Source: a bacterium (GTDB lineage: Bacteria > Patescibacteriota > WWE3 > 2-01-FULL-39-13 > JAACPI01). From it: a stretch of DNA of 61,090 nt. The notes beneath the pieces were generated by a model. That model was given only the letters and a program-made list of their open reading frames with translations, was not told the DNA's origin and made no database searches. Shown in pieces: positions 53,057-61,065 of this stretch. The translations under genes and the position numbers were made by a program. Position 1 is the stretch's first letter. Each line of letters opens with the position of its first letter. Where the stretch lies: the NCBI GenBank assembly GCA_009995545.1, contig JAACPI010000004.1, positions 1 to 61,090 on the forward strand, read 5' to 3'.

Positions 53057-54130
53057 ATGAATAATTTTCAGATGGACGGGGGGTCTGGCAATTCGAATTC
53101 CCAAATTTCGATTCCTAAAGGACCTGAAATTGAAGATTCCTTACACCACTTAAAAAATTTAGGGGACCAGCTATGGGAAGACTGTAGAGATGTTTCTAGG
53201 ACAGGTGAGGTTAGAGGAGTACTAGACCGTAGTTTTATTGAAAACTATGTGTTTAACGATGCGAATTTTTCGAAATTTGTTGTAAGAAACTTGCCTAATC
53301 CTACGGAGTTAATAGATCAATTGGCTGTCTTAGACTTGCCTGAAAACTTTCTCGCGGTAAACCTAGGTTCAGGTTGGGGTAATGATACTAGAAATCTTTT
53401 AAGAGATCCTCGAATGAGACCAAGAATGGTCATTGATCTGGAGTTAGAACCTACTGTCTCTGTATATGATAATGACGAAAACCGCGCCAGCGGGTTTTCT
53501 GGCCGCACAAGATCCTTGGTAGGTGATCTCCGATCTACACCCTTTCCAAATCATAAATCCGAAAATGGTCCCCTCGTGCATTTGGTTTTTTCCTCTGGAG
53601 TCGGTCGTTATCAGGTCCCAAGTAAACTTGGCGGAGTCGAGGAGCTAGATCGTAGGATGTCGGACAGTCTAAGTATAGTTAGAAGTGGGGGCTACACCGT
53701 GCATATGGAGATGGGAGATGCAGCTAAGACATTCTTTTTTGGAGGCAAAGACTGTGGGGGAGGATTTAATACAGTGCTTAAGAATAGGGGCTACCAGGCT
53801 GCACCACAGAGCAAGCATCTAGAAAAAGGAGAATATTCAGTTAAGAAATTAGTAGTCAGCAACTTACCGAGGTTTACAAGATGGTACCTTTTATACGCAA
53901 TTACTTCAGGTGACCATAATTTAAATTTGCCCCCAGATACGGATTCTAATAATCTTAATGAGATAGAAGAACTAGTTCAAAACCTAAGGTCTCTCGTCAA
54001 AGAAGAATTAAGGAGAAATGGTAAAAATCTAGATTTTAGCTCCTCTAACCCTGACTACTTGAAGTTACTTTTAGAAATTGCGGGATCTGAGGATAAGGAA
54101 TCTTACATTGTCACTGCTCGAAAACATTAA
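53057..54130 (+). CDS. Hypothetical Rossmann-like protein, distant paralog of 50271..51209 (NLGSG motif)
   Basis: FLAVNLGSGWGND, MVIDLEL, LVHLVFSSGVG and VRSGGYTVHM occur in the same order as the motifs in 50271..51209. There are GC-rich patches (30/60 at 53461-53520). Confidence 0.45.
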   Translation: MNNFQMDGGSGNSNSQISIPKGPEIEDSLHHLKNLGDQLWEDCRDVSRTGEVRGVLDRSFIENYVFNDANFSKFVVRNLPNPTELIDQLAVLDLPENFLAVNLGSGWGNDTRNLLRDPRMRPRMVIDLELEPTVSVYDNDENRASGFSGRTRSLVGDLRSTPFPNHKSENGPLVHLVFSSGVGRYQVPSKLGGVEELDRRMSDSLSIVRSGGYTVHMEMGDAAKTFFFGGKDCGGGFNTVLKNRGYQAAPQSKHLEKGEYSVKKLVVSNLPRFTRWYLLYAITSGDHNLNLPPDTDSNNLNEIEELVQNLRSLVKEELRRNGKNLDFSSSNPDYLKLLLEIAGSEDKESYIVTARKH

Positions 54131-54155
54131 AATTGGTCATTTATAGTATGTGAGA

Positions 54156-54161
54156 TATAAT
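54156..54161 (+). promoter_or_regulatory. -10 box TATAAT, 7 nt upstream of ATG 54169
   Basis: The sequence reads tataat-tgtccct-ATG. Confidence 0.4.
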
Positions 54162-54168
54162 TGTCCCT

Positions 54169-55248
54169 ATGAAAGTACTAGTAACAGGAGCCGCAGGATA
54201 TATTGGTAGCTACGTAGCAAGGGCTCTGCTTTGGAGAGGCGATGATGTGGTTGGGTTAGATAATTTTAATTTTTACTACCCTCGTAACTGTAAAGAGTTC
54301 CACGTAGACTTGTGCCACAAGGCCTCTGGTCGAAAAACTCATTATTTTTCTGGAGAAACTATTGATCCTGTTTATAAGAAATTAAAAGGTTATTTTGATG
54401 GGAAAAAAGCTAAGGAACCTGGTCAATTTAGTTTTTATGAAGCAGATATTACCAATTACGAATTTTTAGAATACATTTTTACCAGAGAAAAACCTGATGC
54501 GGTAATTCACCTTGCTGCAATGGCAGGAGTTCCTTTTTCAACTAAACAACCTAGAGTTTACTCTAGTGTAAACGTTGATGGAACAACCAACTTATTAAAC
54601 TTGTGCAAAGAAGTTGGTACAAATAAGTTTATATTTGCCTCTTCCTCCTCAGTTTATGGGGACATGGGTGGGGGGTTAGTAACAGAAAAAGACGATGTAA
54701 CAAGGGCGGTTTCAATTTATGGAGCTACTAAGGTTGCAGGTGAATCCATTAGCCATGCGGCTCATGCAATATATGGAATTAACTGTGTAAATATAAGAAT
54801 ATTTGGGCCAATTTATGGACCTCTTCAAAGACCCTATGGGATGTTTTTACCTCGGGCGATAAACTTTATACGTAACAATAAGATAATGCAGATTTATGGT
54901 AGAAAAGGTCTTGAAACGGCTAAAGACAGTACCTATATTGATGATCTAGTAGATGGTTTATTACTTGCTTTAGACAGCGATGTTAAATTTGATGTATTTA
55001 ATATAGGTACACAAAACCCCCAATCGATTCAACAATGGCTTGACGCTGTTGAAAAGGCTTATGGAGAGCCTGTAAAATATAAAATTGTAGATGTAGATGT
55101 TGCCGATGTAGCTAGTAGTGCCAGTATTGCTAAGGCCCGTAAAATTCTTGGCTACTCTCCAAAAGCAACTTTGGAAGAAGGTGTTAAAAGACAGGTAGAG
55201 GTGTTTAAAATGATGCCTGAGTGGTACCAAACTATGGATAATGTTTAA
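54169..55248 (+). CDS. NAD-dependent nucleotide-sugar epimerase (UDP-glucuronate/UDP-glucose 4-epimerase-like), canonical
   Basis: VTGAAGYIGS, ASSSSVYGD, YGATKVAGE (intact YxxxK), and IRIFGPIYGP. Confidence 0.88.
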   Translation: MKVLVTGAAGYIGSYVARALLWRGDDVVGLDNFNFYYPRNCKEFHVDLCHKASGRKTHYFSGETIDPVYKKLKGYFDGKKAKEPGQFSFYEADITNYEFLEYIFTREKPDAVIHLAAMAGVPFSTKQPRVYSSVNVDGTTNLLNLCKEVGTNKFIFASSSSVYGDMGGGLVTEKDDVTRAVSIYGATKVAGESISHAAHAIYGINCVNIRIFGPIYGPLQRPYGMFLPRAINFIRNNKIMQIYGRKGLETAKDSTYIDDLVDGLLLALDSDVKFDVFNIGTQNPQSIQQWLDAVEKAYGEPVKYKIVDVDVADVASSASIAKARKILGYSPKATLEEGVKRQVEVFKMMPEWYQTMDNV

Positions 55249-55274
55249 AACCTATAGCATATTTGTTGTAAGCA

Positions 55275-55283
55275 TGGTATAAT
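55275..55283 (+). promoter_or_regulatory. Extended -10 box TGGTATAAT, 8 nt upstream of ATG 55292
   Basis: The sequence reads tggtataat-gtatttgt-ATG. Confidence 0.45.
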
Positions 55284-55291
55284 GTATTTGT

Positions 55292-56251
55292 ATGGATATT
55301 TCCACGGTTGTACGAGTACACAACAATGAAAAAACAATTGAAGAGCTTTACGAAAGACTTTCAAAAACTTTAGGCAAGTTTGGTAGGTCTTATGAGACTA
55401 TTTTCATAAACGACGGATCTACAGACAAATCCTGGAGTATAATTTCTAAAATTCAAAGAAAAGATCCCCACGTTAAAGCTATAAACTTTACAAGACACCA
55501 CGGTGAATCCGCTGGTTTGCAAGCTGGCTTTGAGCACAGTAAAGGAGAGTATATTTTTACACTAAGCCCCACCTTAGAAAACGCCCCCGAAGAGCTTAAA
55601 AAACTTTTTAATAAACTTTTAAAAGGTAAGCATGATATGGTGGTAGGGAATAGGGTTGGAAGACATGGTGGTAGGCCCCTAACCAAAATCGCCTCAAAAT
55701 TTGCCCATAAAGTAATTAGTTTAGTTATTCCCCATACATATAACGATGTAACCTCCCCTTTCAGGGTGATGCGTAGCGAGATTTCTAAAAATTTAAAACT
55801 ATACGGTGACTCTCATTTATTGCTTCCCGTATTAGCTAGTATGTATGGTGCTAATTTTGCAGAAGTTAAAATTAAACATTACCCATTAAAGTATATTGAG
55901 ATGAAGGCAGTAAAAACTAGTCTTATTAAAGTATTATTCGACTTAGTGTTATTGAAATTTTTTATATCCTCTACTACGCCTCCTTTTAATGCTACCCCCA
56001 TAAGATTTATGGGTATACTAGGTGTTACTTCTACATTTGTAGGGCTATCCATTGGTGTCTATTTGAGTGTTTTAAAAATGTTTTACGGCCAAGATATAGG
56101 GGGTAGACCAATGTTACTGTTGGCTTTTTTGCTTATGATTATTGGAGTATTATTTGTTTTAATGGGTCTATTAGGAGAGATTATAATAAGAACTTACTTT
56201 GAAAGCGCTAAAAAATCTATTTATACTATTAGAGATAAACTAGACTTTTAA
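55292..56251 (+). CDS. GT2 polyprenol-phosphate sugar transferase (ArnC/GtrB-like, two C-terminal TMs)
   Basis: FINDGSTD is followed by a GT2 core and a C-terminal GQDIGGRPMLLLAFLLMIIGVLFVLMGLLGEIIIRTYFES block typical of ArnC/GtrB/DPM-type enzymes. Confidence 0.85.
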   Translation: MDISTVVRVHNNEKTIEELYERLSKTLGKFGRSYETIFINDGSTDKSWSIISKIQRKDPHVKAINFTRHHGESAGLQAGFEHSKGEYIFTLSPTLENAPEELKKLFNKLLKGKHDMVVGNRVGRHGGRPLTKIASKFAHKVISLVIPHTYNDVTSPFRVMRSEISKNLKLYGDSHLLLPVLASMYGANFAEVKIKHYPLKYIEMKAVKTSLIKVLFDLVLLKFFISSTTPPFNATPIRFMGILGVTSTFVGLSIGVYLSVLKMFYGQDIGGRPMLLLAFLLMIIGVLFVLMGLLGEIIIRTYFESAKKSIYTIRDKLDF

Positions 56252-56275
56252 TATTTAACAAATTTTATTTTAACT

Positions 56276-57319
56276 ATGGAAAGAGATATGAAATTACTAG
56301 CTTCTAAACCTAAGAACAACTTAGTTTCTATTATTATCCCAGCTTACAGAGAGGCCGGAAATGTTAAAAGATACAAAAAAGAACTAATGCCTTTTTTAGA
56401 AAAATTACAGTATCCTTACGAATTAATTATTACCGAAGATGGTTCTGCTGACAAAGATGCAAGAGACAATACTTGGGGCGAAATGTTGCAACTCCAAAAA
56501 GAATTTCCTAAAACAGTTACTGTTTTAAGACACGCAAGAAATTACGGTATGACTGGGGCAATGCAAACAGGTGTTGAGGCTAGTAAAGGTGACTATATTA
56601 TTTTTTACTCTGCTGATTTAGAAATAGATCCCGATGAAATAAAAACAGTTATTGAAAAACTTGATGAAGGTTACGATTTTGTAAATACCGAAAGAGAAAA
56701 AAGATGGAATGAATCATTTATAGACAAAGCAGTTAGAAGTATTCCTTCTAAGTTTGCAAGTAGTTTAATTACAAAAGTGCTCAAAACTAATATGGCCGAC
56801 AACGGGTCGGGGTTAAAGGGTTATAAAAGATACATTATTGAAAACATGAATTTGTACGGCGAAATGCAAAGGTTAATGGCCAGCTATACTGGTAACTTAA
56901 CCAGAAACTATACTGAGATTCCTGTTAAATACTTAGAAAGAACCTTTGGGGAAAGTGCTTACGGAGGAATAAAAGGGATGTTTAAAAGAACTTTTGCAGT
57001 TATTTTAGACTTAACAGGCTTAAAATTTATGGCAACTTTTTCTACAAAGCCCTTTACCTTAATGCCTAGTAGGGCCTTTGGTTTTACTGGAATATTAATA
57101 TTTTCATTAGGATTAATGGATACTATTTACATGATAGCTCTAAAGTTAATGGGCCAAGACATAGGTACAAGGCCTTTATTTATAGTCGGTCTAATATTTA
57201 TAGTTTTAGGTGTTCAAATGGTTATGTTTGGTATGCTTGGAGAGCTTATGCTTAGAACCTACTACGAGAGTGGGAAAACTAAAAACTTTATTGTTGCAGA
57301 TAAAATAGAGAGAAAATAA
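56276..57319 (+). CDS. GT2 polyprenol-phosphate sugar transferase (tandem paralog)
   Basis: SIIIPAYREAGNV, ITEDGSAD and YSADLEIDP are present, along with the same C-terminal GQDIGTRPLF...LGELMLRTYYES block. Confidence 0.85.
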   Translation: MERDMKLLASKPKNNLVSIIIPAYREAGNVKRYKKELMPFLEKLQYPYELIITEDGSADKDARDNTWGEMLQLQKEFPKTVTVLRHARNYGMTGAMQTGVEASKGDYIIFYSADLEIDPDEIKTVIEKLDEGYDFVNTEREKRWNESFIDKAVRSIPSKFASSLITKVLKTNMADNGSGLKGYKRYIIENMNLYGEMQRLMASYTGNLTRNYTEIPVKYLERTFGESAYGGIKGMFKRTFAVILDLTGLKFMATFSTKPFTLMPSRAFGFTGILIFSLGLMDTIYMIALKLMGQDIGTRPLFIVGLIFIVLGVQMVMFGMLGELMLRTYYESGKTKNFIVADKIERK

Positions 57320-57358
57320 GGGTCTTAAATTTCTGCCAAAATAAAGTTAAAAATACTT

Positions 57359-58252
57359 ATGAAAAAATACTTTAAGATATTATTGAGAGTGGGTATTAGC
57401 TCTGCATTAATAATATTTTTATTAAGCACCCAGGACTTTAGTAAAATTAAAGATAGTTTGCTTTCGTTTAATTTTATATTTGTTGTTATAGCGTTGCTGT
57501 CTTTACTTGCAGGTACTTATATATCTTCTATTAGGTGGAAAACTATACTAAAAACCTCGAATATAAATGTTTCTGAGTGGTTCTTATTTGCTCTTTACAT
57601 AAAAGGGTATTTTTACAACAACTTTTTACCTACCCAAATGGGAGGAGACGTTTATAAAAGTGTAGCTTTAGGAAATAAAATTAAAGACCAGTCCACTGCT
57701 TTATTTAGTGTGTTTATGGATAGGTTTGGGGGATTAGTAGTTTTACTAATTTTAGCGCTTTTCGGGATAGGGTCTTTGTATGGATTACTTGGTGTGTTTG
57801 CTTCTCTTGGGCTATTAATAGTTGGGTTAATGCTTTATTTTCCAGTTTTAAAGATTGCTGCTAAAAAAGTTAAGTTCTTAAAAAAGTTTGAAGACGCTAG
57901 TAAACTTTTTATTTCTGACAAGCAAAATGGTTTTTTGGTACTAACCTATTCCCTTCTTGTCCAAATATTTTCCTTTTTTACTACTTATACACTTTTTTTG
58001 GGTTTAGGTACTGTTTTACCCCTAGGTAAAGTGTTTGCCTTTTTACCTATTGCTGCACTTTCTTCTTTAATACCCTCGTTTAATGGTTATGGTACACAAG
58101 AAACAGTGTATGCCTATCTTTTTGCTACAGCAGGGGTTACTGCTACATTATCTATTACGGCTTCAATTATGAATCATATAGTTAGATTAATTATGAGCTT
58201 AGTTGGCGGGCTACTTATATTTTTTAATATAGATCTTTCCAAAAATAAATGA
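57359..58252 (+). CDS. Flippase-like / LPG-synthase-TM (UPF0104) family membrane protein
   Basis: SIRWKTIL ... YFYNNFLPTQMGGDVYK signature in an 8-TM-like protein. Confidence 0.75.
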   Translation: MKKYFKILLRVGISSALIIFLLSTQDFSKIKDSLLSFNFIFVVIALLSLLAGTYISSIRWKTILKTSNINVSEWFLFALYIKGYFYNNFLPTQMGGDVYKSVALGNKIKDQSTALFSVFMDRFGGLVVLLILALFGIGSLYGLLGVFASLGLLIVGLMLYFPVLKIAAKKVKFLKKFEDASKLFISDKQNGFLVLTYSLLVQIFSFFTTYTLFLGLGTVLPLGKVFAFLPIAALSSLIPSFNGYGTQETVYAYLFATAGVTATLSITASIMNHIVRLIMSLVGGLLIFFNIDLSKNK

Positions 58253-59454
58253 GTATAAGTAAAAAAAAGTTTAGAGTCCTTAGAATAATATATGATTTTG
58301 CGGATGAAAACGTTCAAACAGAAGGACTTTCTCCAGGCCCTTACGAATTAACAGTATCCCAAGGAAAAAATCCGAATTATAAAATATATGTTTTAACTGG
58401 TAATTTAAATGGAAAAAATGTTAAAGCAAAAAAGTTTAAATATTCTTTATGTGAGGGTCGAGTAGAGGTTTATAATCTCCCTCGTGCTATTTGGAAATTT
58501 GGCCCTTTTATAAGTTCCTCGGTATTTGTGCTGCCCTATTACTTTTATTTTAGATTAACTAAAAAGATTAATATTGTTCATATTCATCAGCAAATGGGTG
58601 TATGGTTACTTTTATACAAATATCTTTTTGGTTGGTTAGATAAAATACCATTTGTACACACTAACCATGCCTCTATAAAGGGTAGGGAGATGGTGGCCCT
58701 TTCAAAAGGTGAAAAACTTGGATTTATGACCAAATATTTTGAATATCCGCTTCACAAGTTTAACGATTATTTATCTACAAAAGTAGCAAATGTTTTAATT
58801 GCCGTAAGCGACGATACTTTAAAAGAATTAAAAGATTTTTATAATCCTAAACAACCCATTTATGTTATAGAAAATTCAGTAAGTATTGATAGGTTTAAAA
58901 AAGAAGGAGAAACTATTGATTATGGTTTTGAAAAAGATTCTAAAATTCTATTTAATTTAGGTAGACTTAGTAAAAGAAAAGGAATTGGTGTCTTGGTCGA
59001 GTCGTTAGCTATTTTACCTAAAAATTTTAAACTAGTTTTAGCCGGAATCTGGGAAAACGGCTATGAGGAGCACATTAATAAATTAATATCCAGGCTAAAG
59101 CTTACTGACAGGGTTAAATATATAGGTAAGGTTAGTAACTTTAAAGCACCTGCATACTTTAGATCTGCAGATATTTTTGTGTTAGCCAGTGACCATGAGG
59201 GTCTACCAAAAGTGGCAATTGAGGCTTTGGCATCTGGTAATAAGGTAGTAGGAAGTCATTTTAAACTTTCGCATGCTGTTCCAAATATTTTTTATCTAAA
59301 AGAAAAGAGTGTAAAAGATTTAACAGCAGGTATCTTAAAGATAGATAAACAAGAAAATAGGTATCAAGATACAAGAAAAGTAATAGAAGAATTTTACAGT
59401 TGGGATGCAAAGGCTAAAGACATTGAGGTTATTTACAAGAGCCTTCTTAAATAA
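58249..59454 (+). CDS. GT4 (GT-B, group 1) glycosyltransferase
   Basis: The C-terminal GRLSKRKGI ... ASDHEGLPKVAIEALASGNKVV matches the EX7E-type GT1/GT4 motif. Confidence 0.85.
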   Translation: MSISKKKFRVLRIIYDFADENVQTEGLSPGPYELTVSQGKNPNYKIYVLTGNLNGKNVKAKKFKYSLCEGRVEVYNLPRAIWKFGPFISSSVFVLPYYFYFRLTKKINIVHIHQQMGVWLLLYKYLFGWLDKIPFVHTNHASIKGREMVALSKGEKLGFMTKYFEYPLHKFNDYLSTKVANVLIAVSDDTLKELKDFYNPKQPIYVIENSVSIDRFKKEGETIDYGFEKDSKILFNLGRLSKRKGIGVLVESLAILPKNFKLVLAGIWENGYEEHINKLISRLKLTDRVKYIGKVSNFKAPAYFRSADIFVLASDHEGLPKVAIEALASGNKVVGSHFKLSHAVPNIFYLKEKSVKDLTAGILKIDKQENRYQDTRKVIEEFYSWDAKAKDIEVIYKSLLK

Positions 59455-59525
59455 ACTTAGAGTTTACACAAATTTACTAATGCAAATCCTAGTCTACCCA
59501 CTCCTTAATTTATCTGAATCTGAGA

Positions 59526-59534
59526 TGGTATTAT
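59526..59534 (+). promoter_or_regulatory. Extended -10-like box TGGTATTAT, 6 nt upstream of ATG 59541
   Basis: The sequence reads tggtattat-taatca-ATG. Confidence 0.4.
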
Positions 59535-59540
59535 TAATCA

Positions 59541-60278
59541 ATGATCTATTCTAAAGAAGTATATTATTTGTATACCAAAATAGCCCTCAAGGCTCATGAC
59601 CTTGGATACGGTCCTTTAAGAGATTGTTTTTTACATTTTACCCCGCTCTTTACAAGGATTGCCCATACAAATGATAAGGACCCCAATACTCAATTTGAAG
59701 AACTGTTTAAAAAAATTGATTCTGTAGGTTCTTCCAAATGTGAAGAAATAACTGAGTTAATATATAAATTTTTTATTAATATCCAGGAACTGGGTTTTCC
59801 CAAAGAGCCCTCAGGACTTGTAGGTGTTTTTTATACTATTTATTATCCAAAATTTAAAAATTTGGGAATACACTTCTACTTACCTCCTGATCTAAAATCT
59901 AGTCCTTTTTTAATACAAAGTTTAAATCAGAGGCAATATGAACTTAAAGAGCTCTTTAAAAAAGCTAGAATTGATTATCCCCAGGCTGAAAGGGTAAGAG
60001 GGTTTTCTTGGCTCCATAATATGGATTTTTATAAGCGTATCTTTCCGACTTTTTACTATAACAAGGGTACTATCTCCGCTAAAGATTACTACGGTAGTAA
60101 TGCCTACTGGGGACAATTTGTTAACAGAGACGGTAGCTGTAGAAAAGATTCAGCCAATAAGTTTTTAAACTGTCTGGATACCAAAAAAAATCTAGCCACC
60201 TTAACCGAGTGCTTTCCCCTTAAGGGGTTGGAGGTTATTTGTGATATAAAATATTTCTATGATTTTTACGGTGTTTAG
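59541..60278 (+). CDS. Hypothetical 245-aa protein
   Basis: An aromatic-rich ORF with a promoter-like box and no motif I can assign. Confidence 0.5.
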   Translation: MIYSKEVYYLYTKIALKAHDLGYGPLRDCFLHFTPLFTRIAHTNDKDPNTQFEELFKKIDSVGSSKCEEITELIYKFFINIQELGFPKEPSGLVGVFYTIYYPKFKNLGIHFYLPPDLKSSPFLIQSLNQRQYELKELFKKARIDYPQAERVRGFSWLHNMDFYKRIFPTFYYNKGTISAKDYYGSNAYWGQFVNRDGSCRKDSANKFLNCLDTKKNLATLTECFPLKGLEVICDIKYFYDFYGV

Positions 60279-60400
60279 TTCGTGTTAATTGTGGTTTTTC
60301 TTAGAAAGGGATTATCTTTCAAAAAATAAAATACCCTGTCAATTAACTATTACTTTTCCTAACCCACATTTTTGTCTAGAATTAATTTGTGTATAATATA

Positions 60401-60428
60401 TAGGATTATCCTAAATAGGATTATCCTA
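60401..60428. repeat. Tandem pair of palindromic REP-like units (taggattatccta x2)
   Basis: Two exact 13-mers are separated by aa. Each has the form aggat-t-atcct and is self-complementary. Confidence 0.85.
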
Positions 60429-60431
60429 ATA

Positions 60432-61055
60432 ATGCCTTATAGAAATAGGATAAAAGATTTTTATACCGACTCCTACTATCATCTATACGCCCGTGGCATA
60501 AATAAATAACCACTATTCCATAGAACGCCCGATTACACATTTTTTCTCTACTTACTTAAAAAATATTTGACCCCAAAATTTATAGAAAAAAAGATAGTCA
60601 ATGGTTTTGAAGTGGAGATCGAAGCCAATGGTGTAAGCGATCTAGTTAAACTACATGCCTACTGTCTTATGCCTAACCATTTCCACCTGTTGGTTCAAAA
60701 TGTAGAGATTGAGGGTGTGCAACTACTAATGAGGCGGGTACTGACCGCCTACGTTAGAGTATTTAATAAAAAATATGAAAGAGAAGGCCCCTTAATACAA
60801 GGTTCCTACAGATGTGTTCCTATACACTCGGAACCTCAATTAATCCACACGTCTCGTTATGTACATTTGAATCCTCTTAAAGATAGATTAGTAAAAAAAT
60901 CGATAGAGTACCCATACTCGTCTTTAAAGTTTTATTATAACGGGAAGAATTTTCCAATATGGTTGAAGCGTAACGCAGTAATTCAGAATAGTACTGATTT
61001 TGGTAAGTTGGACACACTGTTGAAGGTTTTTGAGAAAGAGGATAATCCTATTTAG
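60432..61055 (+). pseudogene. REP-associated tyrosine transposase (RAYT/IS200-like, Y1 HUH) interrupted by one in-frame TAA
   Basis: MPYRNRIKDFYTDSYYHLYARGINK-TAA(60507-09)-PLFHRTPDYTFFLYLLKKYL continues in the same frame into the track ORF at 60567..61055. That ORF carries the HUH motif (LMPNHFHLLV) and the catalytic Tyr region (SRYVHLNP). Confidence 0.75.
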
Positions 61056-61065
61056 GATTATCCTA
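61039..61065. repeat. Inverted pair of the same palindromic unit (can form an 11-bp hairpin)
   Basis: aggataatcct-attt-aggattatcct. Confidence 0.8.

Larger units (their letters stand above)
60401..61065 (+). mobile_element. IS200/RAYT-type element: Y1 (HUH) transposase gene flanked by copies of a 13-nt palindromic motif
   Basis: The left side carries taggattatccta twice (60401-13, 60416-28). The right side carries aggataatccta (61039-50, inverted and overlapping the stop codon) and taggattatccta (61053-65). A degenerate copy gggattatc lies at 60308-16. Confidence 0.7.

Noticed and set aside
53317-55686. Minus-strand ORFs 53317..53508, 54970..55230, 55453..55686
   Set aside because: They are antisense to longer ORFs that carry recognisable motifs (NLGSG protein, canonical epimerase, GT2).
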